Both the position numbers and the translations under genes were made by a program. A DNA stretch of 64,000 nucleotides, from the IMG/VR virus record IMGVR_UViG_3300002446_000068, positions 1 to 64,000 of that record; one strand, given 5' to 3'. The notes beneath the pieces are model-generated. The model saw only the letters and a program-made list of their open reading frames with translations, had not been told where the DNA came from and ran no database searches. The DNA comes from a virus. Lineage: Duplodnaviria; Caudoviricetes. This document shows, piece by piece, positions 19,035 to 27,820 of this stretch; position 1 is the stretch's first letter; the number at the start of each line of letters is the position of its first letter.

Positions 19035-20797
19035 AGGCTTGCGTAACGACATCTCATCTCTATGGAATGGGCGGTGGGGCCAAGGCTGTCTTTTGGATTG
19101 TCAAGGGGCTGCACAAGCACGGTTCTGTAACCGTATTCACCAAGACAGCAATCCCGGACAGCGTGATTGCCGAAATGCCAAAAGGCGTCATGTACGCCAA
19201 CTGGTATCCGGGGTGCTCTGCGGGCTACGATGTCCACGTGTGCATCGATCACTTCAACTACGAACCGCCGATGGCCAAGCGCAACCTGGCGCTGGTCTTT
19301 CATCCGCATAGGCGCAATGTCCCACCTGAACAGTATGAGTTGTGGGCTATTAGCCGCTACACACAAGCCCAAATCAAGGAGCAGTGGGGGCGCGAGTCCC
19401 TTGTCTTTTATCCATCTGTGGACGGGGATTTGTATTCAGGGCAAAAGGCAAAGCGTATCCTGCACATCTCGCGTTTCTCTGCCCCAAACCAGTACGCCGA
19501 CAAGGGGCATCGCCACATGATTCGGGCTTTCAAAGCCCTAAAGTCGGACTGGGAGTTTGTCTTGGCAGGCTCCACAGACCCCGCACAGGGCGGCTACCTA
19601 TCGTCCCTCATGGCGGAGGCGGCTGGAGCTAACATCCGGTTCGCCCCCAACCTTTCAAGAAAAGATTTGTGCGATCTGCTTGCATCGTCCTCTATCTACT
19701 GGCACATGACGGGGATTGGAGCGCCGGATATCCCTAGTGCGCAGGAGCATCTTGGGATTACGACCATAGAGGGCATGGCCAGCGGGTGTGTGCCCATTGT
19801 CTTGGGGACAGGGGGCCAGCCGGAAATTGTGCAGGACAGGATAAGTGGCGTACTGGTGCGTGACGTGGATGGATTGGTAAAGACCACAGACGTTCTTATG
19901 TCAAACTTGGGTACATGGGCGCTGTTACAACAGCAGGCACTATTGGCTGGGCAGGCATGGCTTGAGGGGGACTGGTACTACGACCAGTTTGCTGGACTGC
20001 TGCTGGACGGGGTGGACATGACCGCGCCGGTTGCGGAAAGCCCCATCCTGAACTATGGCATGGACAATGTGGATGTGATTATCCCCATCTATAACAGCGT
20101 CACCATTGGGCAATGCCTGGACAGGATACCTGCTGGGCCGAATGTGATTGTCGTGGACAATGGGTCCGACGCGCCAGTAACGCACAACAGAATCGACCAG
20201 TACATCCGTCTTGAGGAGAACCGTGGTTTCGCGGGTGGCAACATGGCTGGGTTTGAGATATCCACCCGCCCTGTGGTGCTGGCGTTGAACGACGATTGCA
20301 TCCCGCCAGACAATTCAATGTGGCTTACGGCCATGCTCTTGACGCTCTCGAAAGAAAGGTGCGCCGTGGTTGGGGCCAAGCTGTTGTATCCTGATGGGCG
20401 GTTGCAACACGCTGGGGTGTACTTTGACTTTCACCGTAAGGACATAGGGTTCCACCGGCTTTATGGAGTCAAAGACCATCCCAACGCCAATATTGCTGTT
20501 AAGGTTCCCGCTGTGACGGGGGCCTGCCTGTTGTGTAAGCGAGAGTTCTTTGACATGCACCCCGAACTGTACCCATACGGGAACTATGAGGATGCACACT
20601 TGTGTTTGGATGTGTGGCGTAGGGGGTATGAGGTTTGGTATCAGCCCGCAGCTTCCCTCACACATATTGAGGCGGTGACGAAAAGGGCGTTGGATATTGA
20701 TTTTACCTCACTCAACCGCAAGGTGTTTGTGGAACATTGGCGCACCATCTTCTTGGACTCCGAGGAGATGAATCATGCAAGAGAGGTAAATACGTAA
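19031..20797 (+). CDS. Two-domain glycosyltransferase (N-terminal GT4 + C-terminal GT2)
   Basis: EHLGITTIEGMASGCVP then VIIPIYN, VVDNGSD, LNDD, TGACLL, YEDAHLC; GTG start coupled to upstream TGA. Confidence 0.9.
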   Translation: MKACVTTSHLYGMGGGAKAVFWIVKGLHKHGSVTVFTKTAIPDSVIAEMPKGVMYANWYPGCSAGYDVHVCIDHFNYEPPMAKRNLALVFHPHRRNVPPEQYELWAISRYTQAQIKEQWGRESLVFYPSVDGDLYSGQKAKRILHISRFSAPNQYADKGHRHMIRAFKALKSDWEFVLAGSTDPAQGGYLSSLMAEAAGANIRFAPNLSRKDLCDLLASSSIYWHMTGIGAPDIPSAQEHLGITTIEGMASGCVPIVLGTGGQPEIVQDRISGVLVRDVDGLVKTTDVLMSNLGTWALLQQQALLAGQAWLEGDWYYDQFAGLLLDGVDMTAPVAESPILNYGMDNVDVIIPIYNSVTIGQCLDRIPAGPNVIVVDNGSDAPVTHNRIDQYIRLEENRGFAGGNMAGFEISTRPVVLALNDDCIPPDNSMWLTAMLLTLSKERCAVVGAKLLYPDGRLQHAGVYFDFHRKDIGFHRLYGVKDHPNANIAVKVPAVTGACLLCKREFFDMHPELYPYGNYEDAHLCLDVWRRGYEVWYQPAASLTHIEAVTKRALDIDFTSLNRKVFVEHWRTIFLDSEEMNHAREVNT

Positions 20798-21165
20798 TGG
20801 AAAACTGGTTTCCAATCCTTGTCCAAATCATAGTCGTAATTATAACAAGTAGCGGTGGGTGGGCCTTGCTTAGTGACCAACGCAGAAAGCTCCGGATAGA
20901 GACACAAGATGTCGCTGTCAATGCTATGCACAAAGTAAATGATGAGCTTAGGGATGAGCTAGAGAGAGCAAGATGCCGTATCCATGCACTGGAGGCTGCA
21001 CAAGAAGAAGGAGAATCCAGGATTGGAAACTTGGAGGCTACGTTGGCGATTGTGCAGAAACGGCTGATGGTGCTGTCCGTTGGTGTGAGGCTTTTGACCG
21101 AGCAGATTCGGTCGCTTGGCCATGAGCCTGTGTGGAAAGATGTGGAAGAAACGATTGGAGAGTAA
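20797..21165 (+). CDS. Membrane-anchored coiled-coil protein (holin-like candidate)
   Basis: N-terminal hydrophobic segment FPILVQIIVVII followed by heptad-rich region. Confidence 0.55.
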   Translation: MENWFPILVQIIVVIITSSGGWALLSDQRRKLRIETQDVAVNAMHKVNDELRDELERARCRIHALEAAQEEGESRIGNLEATLAIVQKRLMVLSVGVRLLTEQIRSLGHEPVWKDVEETIGE

Positions 21166-21168
21166 AGG

Positions 21169-22320
21169 TCAACTACTACCGGCTAAAGCTGGTAGCTTGG
21201 CCCTAGAGGACGACGACGGGCCCGACTGAAGGTCGGGGGACTGAACCTCTGAGCCGTGCGGCTGATTGACAGCAGCCCTACCCGCAATGTTACGGGCAGC
21301 GACGGTATCAGCGTGGGCGGAGAAACCACAACTGGTACAGGAGAAATTAGATTGAGTACGACGATTGGCCTTATCGACACAACCGCACATGGGACAGATG
21401 CGGCTGGTGTTGCGCGGATCGACCGCGACTACGGGAACCCCAGCCAGCTTCGCCTTGTACTCGATCTTTTGACGCAAATCATAAAAACTCCAGGAGTGAT
21501 GTCGTCTCCGCTGGGCCTTACGAACCGTTGTCCGTTCGCGTATGCCACTCAGTTCTTCGAGGGCAATCCCGCGCCCGGTGCCTTTGGCTTTTTCGACAAT
21601 TCTCTTAGAGATTACATGGTTCACATCTTTGGCGAATCGCGATTCTTTCCTGCGTCGTTTCTTGAGCAGGCGCTTCGCCGACTTGGTTCCCTTACTTTGC
21701 AACCTTGCCTTAATCTTTTGGTTGCGCTCCCGCAGGTTATTGACGTGGGACCCAGAGTAAATAGTCCCATCCGAGTCAGCGGCAATATTGACAATTCCCA
21801 TATCAACTCCAAGAAACTCAGCAACATCAGAAGTCTCTGGGGTTTCAACTTCACAGGAGCAAAACAGATAGAATGCGCCATCAATAAAGCAAAGGCCACT
21901 CTGGCCCCTCTTTCCATGCAGCAATCCAAGGGCGCGGGCATTGCAAGCAAATGGGATTCTTTCGCGACTGGCTATAGTCAAAATACTGACCTGCTGCGAA
22001 TCAAGGCTCCAAGAGAGACATCGCTGGTCGTAGGCGATGGCACCATCTTCTCTGAACAGCCGCTTAACCTTTTGATCCAACCTATAGGCGTGAGCAACCT
22101 TGGCGATGCAACGAACCGCCAACTGTGCGCCCAAATCAAATGTAGTCCGCACGTCATAATAGACCTCGTGGTGAAGGCTATACTGACTGAAGACCTTGGT
22201 TTCCCAGGCCACGTCACTGACCCAGTTGCAAGCGGCGTTGACACGAAGTATAGTGTCGTAAAGCGATTTATGCTGATCTTGGGTTGGGTTCAGTTTTACC
22301 TTGGCTGTAAGTGTCATCAT
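21169..22320 (-). CDS. tnpB: RNA-guided endonuclease TnpB
   Basis: RuvC-I LGVDMG, RuvC-II IALEEL, Zn finger CPMC..CTSC, RuvC-III HADTVAARNI. Confidence 0.93.
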   Translation of the reverse strand: MMTLTAKVKLNPTQDQHKSLYDTILRVNAACNWVSDVAWETKVFSQYSLHHEVYYDVRTTFDLGAQLAVRCIAKVAHAYRLDQKVKRLFREDGAIAYDQRCLSWSLDSQQVSILTIASRERIPFACNARALGLLHGKRGQSGLCFIDGAFYLFCSCEVETPETSDVAEFLGVDMGIVNIAADSDGTIYSGSHVNNLRERNQKIKARLQSKGTKSAKRLLKKRRRKESRFAKDVNHVISKRIVEKAKGTGRGIALEELSGIRERTTVRKAQRRRHHSWSFYDLRQKIEYKAKLAGVPVVAVDPRNTSRICPMCGCVDKANRRTQSNFSCTSCGFSAHADTVAARNIAGRAAVNQPHGSEVQSPDLQSGPSSSSRAKLPALAGSS

Positions 22321-22329
22321 AATGAACAC

Positions 22330-22358
22330 AACATACCATACTTAAACCGACTTGTCAA
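22330..22358 (-). promoter_or_regulatory. tnpB promoter
   Basis: TTGACA-N17-TATGTT, ATG 10 nt downstream. Confidence 0.6.
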
Positions 22359-22454
22359 ATCCAAGACCCTAAAGGGCTATGGCAAGGCGTCTCCTCCCTC
22401 AGCTAAAGCTGAGGGTGTCCGTCGCTGCCGCGTTGGCAAAAGGAGTAGTGGACT

Positions 22455-23231
22455 ATGATTGTAGGGATGACGGTTCTGAAAAACGCGACGAAGATGGGGT
22501 ACCCGTGGGTTGAGGCAATCCTAACGGTTCTCCCAGTGTGTGACCACTTCCACATTGGGGAAGGGTACTCCGAGGACGACACGTGGGATGTCCTGATGAG
22601 GCTGAAGGAGAAGTACGGCGACCAGATCAGCCTGAGCCGCTACGAGTGGCCTGTTATGGGGACGGGCTTTGCTATCGGGGCGGCGACGAACGATGCGCTG
22701 AACAAAATCAGGCGCTTGGGCGGCAAAGTCTTGTACGTGCAAGGGGATGAGCTGTGGCACCCGGACAGCCTTGTGGAAATGAAACGTCTGGCAGGGGAAG
22801 ACTATGATGCGTACAGCGTCCCGTACTTGCACCTTGAGCACAATTGCCAGGAGGTGCAGGAGGGGGCTGGGTATCAACGGGCGATACGCATGGTGGCCAA
22901 TAAGGATACCATTATCGCCCACCGTGACGCTTGGACGTTTGAGGGGTACGAGCGATGCTTGAGTATTCATTCTCTACCCCATCCTCTGGTCCACTGCAAC
23001 TACTGCTTTTGGGACAATGTGCCCATCAAAAAGAGGGTGCAGGCCGACGAGTTATACCAAGATCTTGGGCACTACCAACGGGCCGCTGAACTGGCAGAGC
23101 AACTGTACACCGACGAGCCGCCCCAAATGTTCAGGGAGACGGGTTCGCCGTTCATCGAGCACCTGTCCCCGCTGTTTGTGCCTATGCTTGGACAGCGGAA
23201 GTATTATGTCCGGGAGGAATTGCTGGCATGA
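22455..23231 (+). CDS. GT2-like (GT-A fold) glycosyltransferase
   Basis: GMTVLKNA..MGYPWVEAI, GYSEDDT, YVQGDELW. Confidence 0.8.
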   Translation: MIVGMTVLKNATKMGYPWVEAILTVLPVCDHFHIGEGYSEDDTWDVLMRLKEKYGDQISLSRYEWPVMGTGFAIGAATNDALNKIRRLGGKVLYVQGDELWHPDSLVEMKRLAGEDYDAYSVPYLHLEHNCQEVQEGAGYQRAIRMVANKDTIIAHRDAWTFEGYERCLSIHSLPHPLVHCNYCFWDNVPIKKRVQADELYQDLGHYQRAAELAEQLYTDEPPQMFRETGSPFIEHLSPLFVPMLGQRKYYVREELLA

Positions 23232-23926
23232 GAATCGCTACCTACTGCATCACATTCCCGGAAGAACATGACATTGTTATGAACATGGTCCGGCAGGCCA
23301 GGAAACTTGGCGATGTCTGGATTGTGGACGGGGGACCAGATGGACATCTGTGCCATAACCCAAGGGCCGACATCAACCCCTGGGTTTTGCAGAGAATGGC
23401 AGAGGAGCACGGGTTCATCTACACGCGGATTCCGTGGCCTGGGAATCCTGGGGCGCAAAGGAACAATGCCTTGCGGATGATGGAACCTTATGGGTACGAC
23501 TGGATTATCCAGAACGACAGCGACGAGTTGTGGCCGGACCAGAGCATCGCCGCCATTCCTGGGTATCTGGAAAGCCTTGACCCCATCCAATCCAACGTGA
23601 TAGTAAAGGTGTTTCCTCTTGTGGTGGATGAGCAGCACTATAGCAAGCGGTATGCCCACCACCTGACACACGGGCGCATACACAGGGGCGGCACGGTGCA
23701 GTGGGGGGAAACCTGGCACGAGCACCAGTTTTTCAAGGGCGAGCGGGTCAAGAGTGACTTGTGGTTGTTGCATACAAACTGGTTGTTCCTTGAGCGACTG
23801 AAACGAATCAAGGGGCATGGGCTTGAGCGGTGGGGGGATGTCGATAGGACGCCCATCCCGAATTCTCTTGGGCTAACATGGCCTGCACTGGATTATCCCG
23901 ATGGCGATAGGCTTTGCAGTACGTAG
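23228..23926 (+). CDS. GT2-like (GT-A fold) glycosyltransferase
   Basis: WIVDGG, GAQRNNAL, WIIQNDSDE, WHEH. Confidence 0.78.
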   Translation: MRIATYCITFPEEHDIVMNMVRQARKLGDVWIVDGGPDGHLCHNPRADINPWVLQRMAEEHGFIYTRIPWPGNPGAQRNNALRMMEPYGYDWIIQNDSDELWPDQSIAAIPGYLESLDPIQSNVIVKVFPLVVDEQHYSKRYAHHLTHGRIHRGGTVQWGETWHEHQFFKGERVKSDLWLLHTNWLFLERLKRIKGHGLERWGDVDRTPIPNSLGLTWPALDYPDGDRLCST

Positions 23927-24623
23927 CTTAGACGAATCTATCAAGATGTACGTGGAGACATTGGGTCGTGGCACACAATGGATTCTCCCGACTACAGACT
24001 GGCGTGTGTTTCATGCCTGGGTGATGAGCAGGGCGCGGCGTCCGCTCAAGACAGTTGTTGTGACAGACATGTGCTATATCCCGTTCTTGGATTATGTAAA
24101 GGGACGATTCGGGTCCAAGATTGTATGCCTTGACATGCGCGATGACGGTTCGGTATCATGGACGGAGGCGGACGCCAGTTACACCATGTATGACCTTGGC
24201 TGGGGTGTGGACAAGATACGCTGGCAGAAAGAGGCTTCGTTCCGCGAGTGGCGCAGATACCCGGTGTTTTACTTGACGGAGCGCGATCATGGGTTGGAGA
24301 GAGAGCTTATAGCGCGGGGACACAGGGTTGCAAGTGGGAACAAGAACTACTCGATGGGTAACGTCGCCATTGTCCCCAAGAGACAATACACACCCAGCAG
24401 CATCTATGAGGCGATAGCGTCGGGCATGGCTGTAGTCACGACAAGGGAGAACAAACGGTGGCTTGATGGGTTCCCGGGCTTTTCTACCTATCTGGAAGAT
24501 GGGGTGGATGCAGTTGTTGGTGATGTAACGGGCACGGACTTTAAGCTATTAGGGATGATGGCGCAGGAGACGGTGCCAAGTGTGCGGGACTTTCGGGAAA
24601 AGCTGTTGGGAATATTAGCTTGA
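23901..24623 (+). CDS. Divergent GT-B-like glycosyltransferase
   Basis: IVPKRQYTPSSIYEAIASGMAVVTT resembles GT4 E-x7 nucleotide-binding motif. Confidence 0.55.
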   Translation: MAIGFAVRSLDESIKMYVETLGRGTQWILPTTDWRVFHAWVMSRARRPLKTVVVTDMCYIPFLDYVKGRFGSKIVCLDMRDDGSVSWTEADASYTMYDLGWGVDKIRWQKEASFREWRRYPVFYLTERDHGLERELIARGHRVASGNKNYSMGNVAIVPKRQYTPSSIYEAIASGMAVVTTRENKRWLDGFPGFSTYLEDGVDAVVGDVTGTDFKLLGMMAQETVPSVRDFREKLLGILA

Positions 24624-24647
24624 CTTTGGTGTGGAATGTGATAAGAT
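24620..24647 (+). promoter_or_regulatory. Possible promoter
   Basis: TTGACT-N16-TAAGAT in intergenic gap. Confidence 0.45.
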
Positions 24648-24711
24648 AGTATAGAGGGGACGGCATCGGACATAATAGTTGCCGGGGGAGCAGTTTAGAA
24701 CCGGAGCGAGC

Positions 24712-25098
24712 ATGGCACAACCAAGTCACGAAGCCAGAATCACGGCATTAGAACAAGCCATCGGCGGGGGGCAACCCACCGCAGCGGGGGTAACGCTTGA
24801 AAAGCACTTTGAATCCAGAATTGAAGCTCTGGAAAAGGCTACGGGCGTAGCTGCTGTTGCTATGGAGCGTCGGCTGGATGGGATGAATGAGTTCCGTGAC
24901 ACACTTAGGGACCAGGCGGCGAGATTTGCCACACGGGATGAAGTGAACTTGCGGATTAATACACTGAACGATGAAGTGGAAACCCTGAAAATCTTTCGGG
25001 CGGTAATTGACGCCAAGGCCAACATCAACGCAGTGTATGTCAGTTATGTGCTGGCTTTGGTGGGCATCGTCCTGAGCATTTTGTCGTTGTTGAAGTAA
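24712..25098 (+). CDS. Coiled-coil protein with C-terminal TM (holin-like candidate)
   Basis: ERRLDGMNEFRDTL..Q...F phage family pattern; C-terminal YVLALVGIVLSILSLL. Confidence 0.6.
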   Translation: MAQPSHEARITALEQAIGGGQPTAAGVTLEKHFESRIEALEKATGVAAVAMERRLDGMNEFRDTLRDQAARFATRDEVNLRINTLNDEVETLKIFRAVIDAKANINAVYVSYVLALVGIVLSILSLLK

Positions 25099-25107
25099 GG
25101 TGAATGA

Positions 25108-25797
25108 ATGGGCGTGCGGATAGTTCGACCAGAGCGGAAAATCTACCACATCCCCGGCCTGGGGATACAGACCATCGAGGCGCTGGCGAGCGGGGCGGCC
25201 TGGTGGAAGGTCGCGGGCAAAACGTGCGCCGCGGCGTACCAGCCGAAAGGCGCGGCCAGCTATGCGGCGAGCAAAATCAATCTGGCGAATCCGGGGACAT
25301 ATGATGCGACGGAGGGAACTGCGCCGTCGTGGGATGCGGGGAATGGCTGGAAGTTCGATCACACTAATTCAGAGTATCTGAACACAGGCGTTGTACCGAA
25401 CAACGACTGGACGATGATTGCGCAATTCAGCGATCATATTGCCGGAATCGGCGATTATCGGCTTTGCGGACAGAACTCATCAACCAACCAGCCGCATTTT
25501 ATGGGGCCGAATTATTGGGGTACAAAGCGATTTGTTAACGGCCTTCACCTCGATGCTGGAGCCGGTGCTCTTTCGGGCAATATTGCGCTGGCGGGAATGA
25601 ATGGCTATTTCAACGGCGCATCTGTGGGCACAATCACCGGCGCGGGATTTACTGGTGTTGGTAGAACGATATGGATCGGTTCGGGAAATCCGACGGCAAG
25701 TTTTACCACAGTATACATCCAGGCATGGGCGGTCTATTCGGGCACGTTATCGGCGGCTGAAATTGCGGTGTTGGCAGCGGCGATGGCGGCGTTGTAG
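25108..25797 (+). CDS. ConA-like lectin/LamG-type virion protein
   Basis: YQPKGAASY...W....GWKFD...YLNTG, beta-rich, WAVYSGTLSAAEI terminal LamG pattern. Confidence 0.65.
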   Translation: MGVRIVRPERKIYHIPGLGIQTIEALASGAAWWKVAGKTCAAAYQPKGAASYAASKINLANPGTYDATEGTAPSWDAGNGWKFDHTNSEYLNTGVVPNNDWTMIAQFSDHIAGIGDYRLCGQNSSTNQPHFMGPNYWGTKRFVNGLHLDAGAGALSGNIALAGMNGYFNGASVGTITGAGFTGVGRTIWIGSGNPTASFTTVYIQAWAVYSGTLSAAEIAVLAAAMAAL

Positions 25798-25806
25798 GAG
25801 GCAGGT

Positions 25807-25938
25807 ATGAGACACCGTTTGCGAATATGGAGCATAGACATAGACATCTGGTGGTACGAACACGGGGACCGTTGGCCACGACTGTGGCGGCTGTGGGATC
25901 GCAAGGTCGCACCGCTATTGGTGGCGATAGCAGGTTAG
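25807..25938 (+). CDS. Trp-rich 43-aa microprotein
   Basis: Hand translation MRHRLRIWSIDIDIWWYEHGDRWPRLWRLWDRKVAPLLVAIAG; AGGAGG RBS; fills gap between genes. Confidence 0.45.
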   Translation: MRHRLRIWSIDIDIWWYEHGDRWPRLWRLWDRKVAPLLVAIAG

Positions 25939-25948
25939 GAGGCACGTG

Positions 25949-26221
25949 ATGGCTTCGCAAGGCGAATTTCTGGTAGTAAAAACGGTCAACGACTGCACGA
26001 CGCTACTGTCGCAGTTGGAAGCGGCCAAGACGACGGCGCAGCGCATCAGCCAGCGGATGGTGAGTCTCGGCATTCCGGCGCTGGCTGGGTACGCATGGCC
26101 GGAGGGGTACACGCAGTCGGATTTCGTCGCGCTGTACACGGCGTTGTCAGCCCTGCCTGGCTCGATGGTAGCGGATACAACGCGGGATGCGATTTTCAAA
26201 CTGGTGAGCAGCATCCAGTAG
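25949..26221 (+). CDS. Hypothetical protein
   Basis: AGGAGG RBS; 90 aa. Confidence 0.65.
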   Translation: MASQGEFLVVKTVNDCTTLLSQLEAAKTTAQRISQRMVSLGIPALAGYAWPEGYTQSDFVALYTALSALPGSMVADTTRDAIFKLVSSIQ

Positions 26222-26233
26222 GGAGTATGGGGC

Positions 26234-26863
26234 ATGCCGAAACAGGGTGTGGCGTTTACGTTCTACACAGAACTGGTAGACGCGGCAGATACGACGCTGT
26301 TCAAATTGAACCCCACAATCGCGGCGGGAGACGTTCAAATCTCTCTCGCGGGTGGGACGTTTGCGAACCTGACGAATCTGCCGACCGTCACGCCTGCCGG
26401 TAGTACGCAGGTCAAGGTTGAATTGACCGCTGCCGAAATGGCGGGCGCGGACCGGACGGTACAGTTCCATGACGCGGTCGGTGGAGAATGGCTAGATCAG
26501 GCCATTCACATCACGGCTGACGAGCAGGCAATTGACGATCTGGCGACATCGGCGTCTATCGCGGCGCTGAACGACCTATCTGCGGCGGAGGTCAACGCGG
26601 AGGTGGTGGACGCGCTATCTACTGTAGATAAGACCGGGTACAAGCTGGCGAGCGACGGGCTTGACAGTGTGAGTATTACGGCACCGTCTGGGGTTGCCTC
26701 CAACTTTAGAGAAATGGTGGTACAGCTTTGGAGGCGTTTCTTCAAGAAGGCTACCATGACAAGTTCTGCGCTGTCCACATACGCCGATGATGGTGTGTCT
26801 GTTCTCACCACCCAAGAACTCTCGGATGACGGAACAGTCCAGACCCAGGGAGAATCACTATGA
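26234..26863 (+). CDS. Putative virion structural protein
   Basis: Ig-like N-terminal half (AAGDVQISLAGG...VELTAAEM) typical of phage structural accessory proteins; ATGA coupling. Confidence 0.55.
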   Translation: MPKQGVAFTFYTELVDAADTTLFKLNPTIAAGDVQISLAGGTFANLTNLPTVTPAGSTQVKVELTAAEMAGADRTVQFHDAVGGEWLDQAIHITADEQAIDDLATSASIAALNDLSAAEVNAEVVDALSTVDKTGYKLASDGLDSVSITAPSGVASNFREMVVQLWRRFFKKATMTSSALSTYADDGVSVLTTQELSDDGTVQTQGESL

Positions 26864-27087
26864 GATTGTTCTCCGTTCCCGACGGTTCTGTAGATAGAAG
26901 CGACAGGTCGTCGTGGCTGACGTGCCCGTTCGACCTGGCGTTTGTCGTCAAGGCCGGTGAGGGTGCGGAGATTGTTACGTTTGTGCTGAACATCTGCCGC
27001 ACCAAGTATTTTGAATCCCAGATATACAGGGCCTTGTCGATAGCAGCCGAAGTGTGCAGGACCAAAATGTTCACGGTTGAGAGGTAA
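26860..27087 (+). CDS. Hypothetical protein
   Basis: Coupled start and stop with neighbours. Confidence 0.5.
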   Translation: MRLFSVPDGSVDRSDRSSWLTCPFDLAFVVKAGEGAEIVTFVLNICRTKYFESQIYRALSIAAEVCRTKMFTVER

Positions 27088-27396
27088 ATGGCTACTCAAG
27101 AGGTACACCTTAACGATATTGGTACGGCCCTGCGTGTGACCATTGAAGAAGATGGGACCGCTCTTGACATTTCTACGGCTACCACAAAGCAGATTCTACT
27201 TGTCAAGCCTTCCATGACAAAGCTCACCAAGTCGGCAGTGTTCGTCACGGACGGGTCGGACGGGGTGATTGAGTACGTCACTATTGCGGGCGACCTGGAC
27301 GAACTGGGCGCGTACAGCATCCAGGGCTATATCGTGATGCCCGGGTGGGCCGGGCACAGTGAAGTGAAACAGTTCAAGGTTTATAGGAACCTATGA
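27088..27396 (+). CDS. BppU N-terminal-like Ig domain protein
   Basis: NDIGTALRVTIEEDGTALDISTAT..ILLVKP..TDGSDGVIEYVT..GDLDELG.Y..Q pattern. Confidence 0.7.
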   Translation: MATQEVHLNDIGTALRVTIEEDGTALDISTATTKQILLVKPSMTKLTKSAVFVTDGSDGVIEYVTIAGDLDELGAYSIQGYIVMPGWAGHSEVKQFKVYRNL

Positions 27397-27401
27397 TTAT
27401 G

Positions 27402-27430
27402 TTGACATGTCCGTAGAGTTGTTGTATAAT
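27402..27430 (+). promoter_or_regulatory. Consensus sigma70-type promoter for head genes
   Basis: TTGACA-N17-TATAAT followed by GGAGGT RBS. Confidence 0.85.
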
Positions 27431-27447
27431 GACAATTGGAGGTAGAC

Positions 27448-27801
27448 ATGCCTGATTGGACGGTGTTTGGGTTACCGGCGTTGGTTGTTATGGTGGCGCT
27501 CATCAATGCGCTGAAGGAGATGTATGGGTTGCCCACCAAGTGGGCGCTACCGGTTGCGGTCCTCTCATCTGCGGTGCTGGGAACTGGCCTATACTTCTCG
27601 GGCACATATGAGGCCGTGAAGGTGGCTATGGACATTGTGCTTGGGTCCATCCTGATTGGACTAGCGGTCACCGGCTATTATAGCGGCACCAAGTCCTATG
27701 TCGTGAGGCGGGAAGTAGAGCCCGCTATCAAGGAGATGGAAGCGCACATTGAGAGCCTGGAAGACGACAAGGCAAACCTGTTGGAAGACAGGCCATTCTG
27801 A
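27448..27801 (+). CDS. Holin-like membrane protein
   Basis: Up to three hydrophobic segments and charged C-terminus; GGAGGT RBS. Confidence 0.6.
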   Translation: MPDWTVFGLPALVVMVALINALKEMYGLPTKWALPVAVLSSAVLGTGLYFSGTYEAVKVAMDIVLGSILIGLAVTGYYSGTKSYVVRREVEPAIKEMEAHIESLEDDKANLLEDRPF

Positions 27802-27820
27802 AAGAGGAACTGGTGTAAGT

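Larger units (their letters stand above)
21168..22420 (-). mobile_element. IS200/IS605-family non-autonomous element (tnpB only)
   Basis: Right end AAGCTACCAGCTTTAGCCGGTAGTAGTTGAC; left-end hairpin CCCTCAGC-TAAA-GCTGAGGG at 22396-22415; left boundary inferred; no tnpA seen. Confidence 0.8.

Noticed and set aside
21256-22458. 400-aa plus-strand ORF
   Set aside because: Antisense shadow of tnpB with no recognisable motifs
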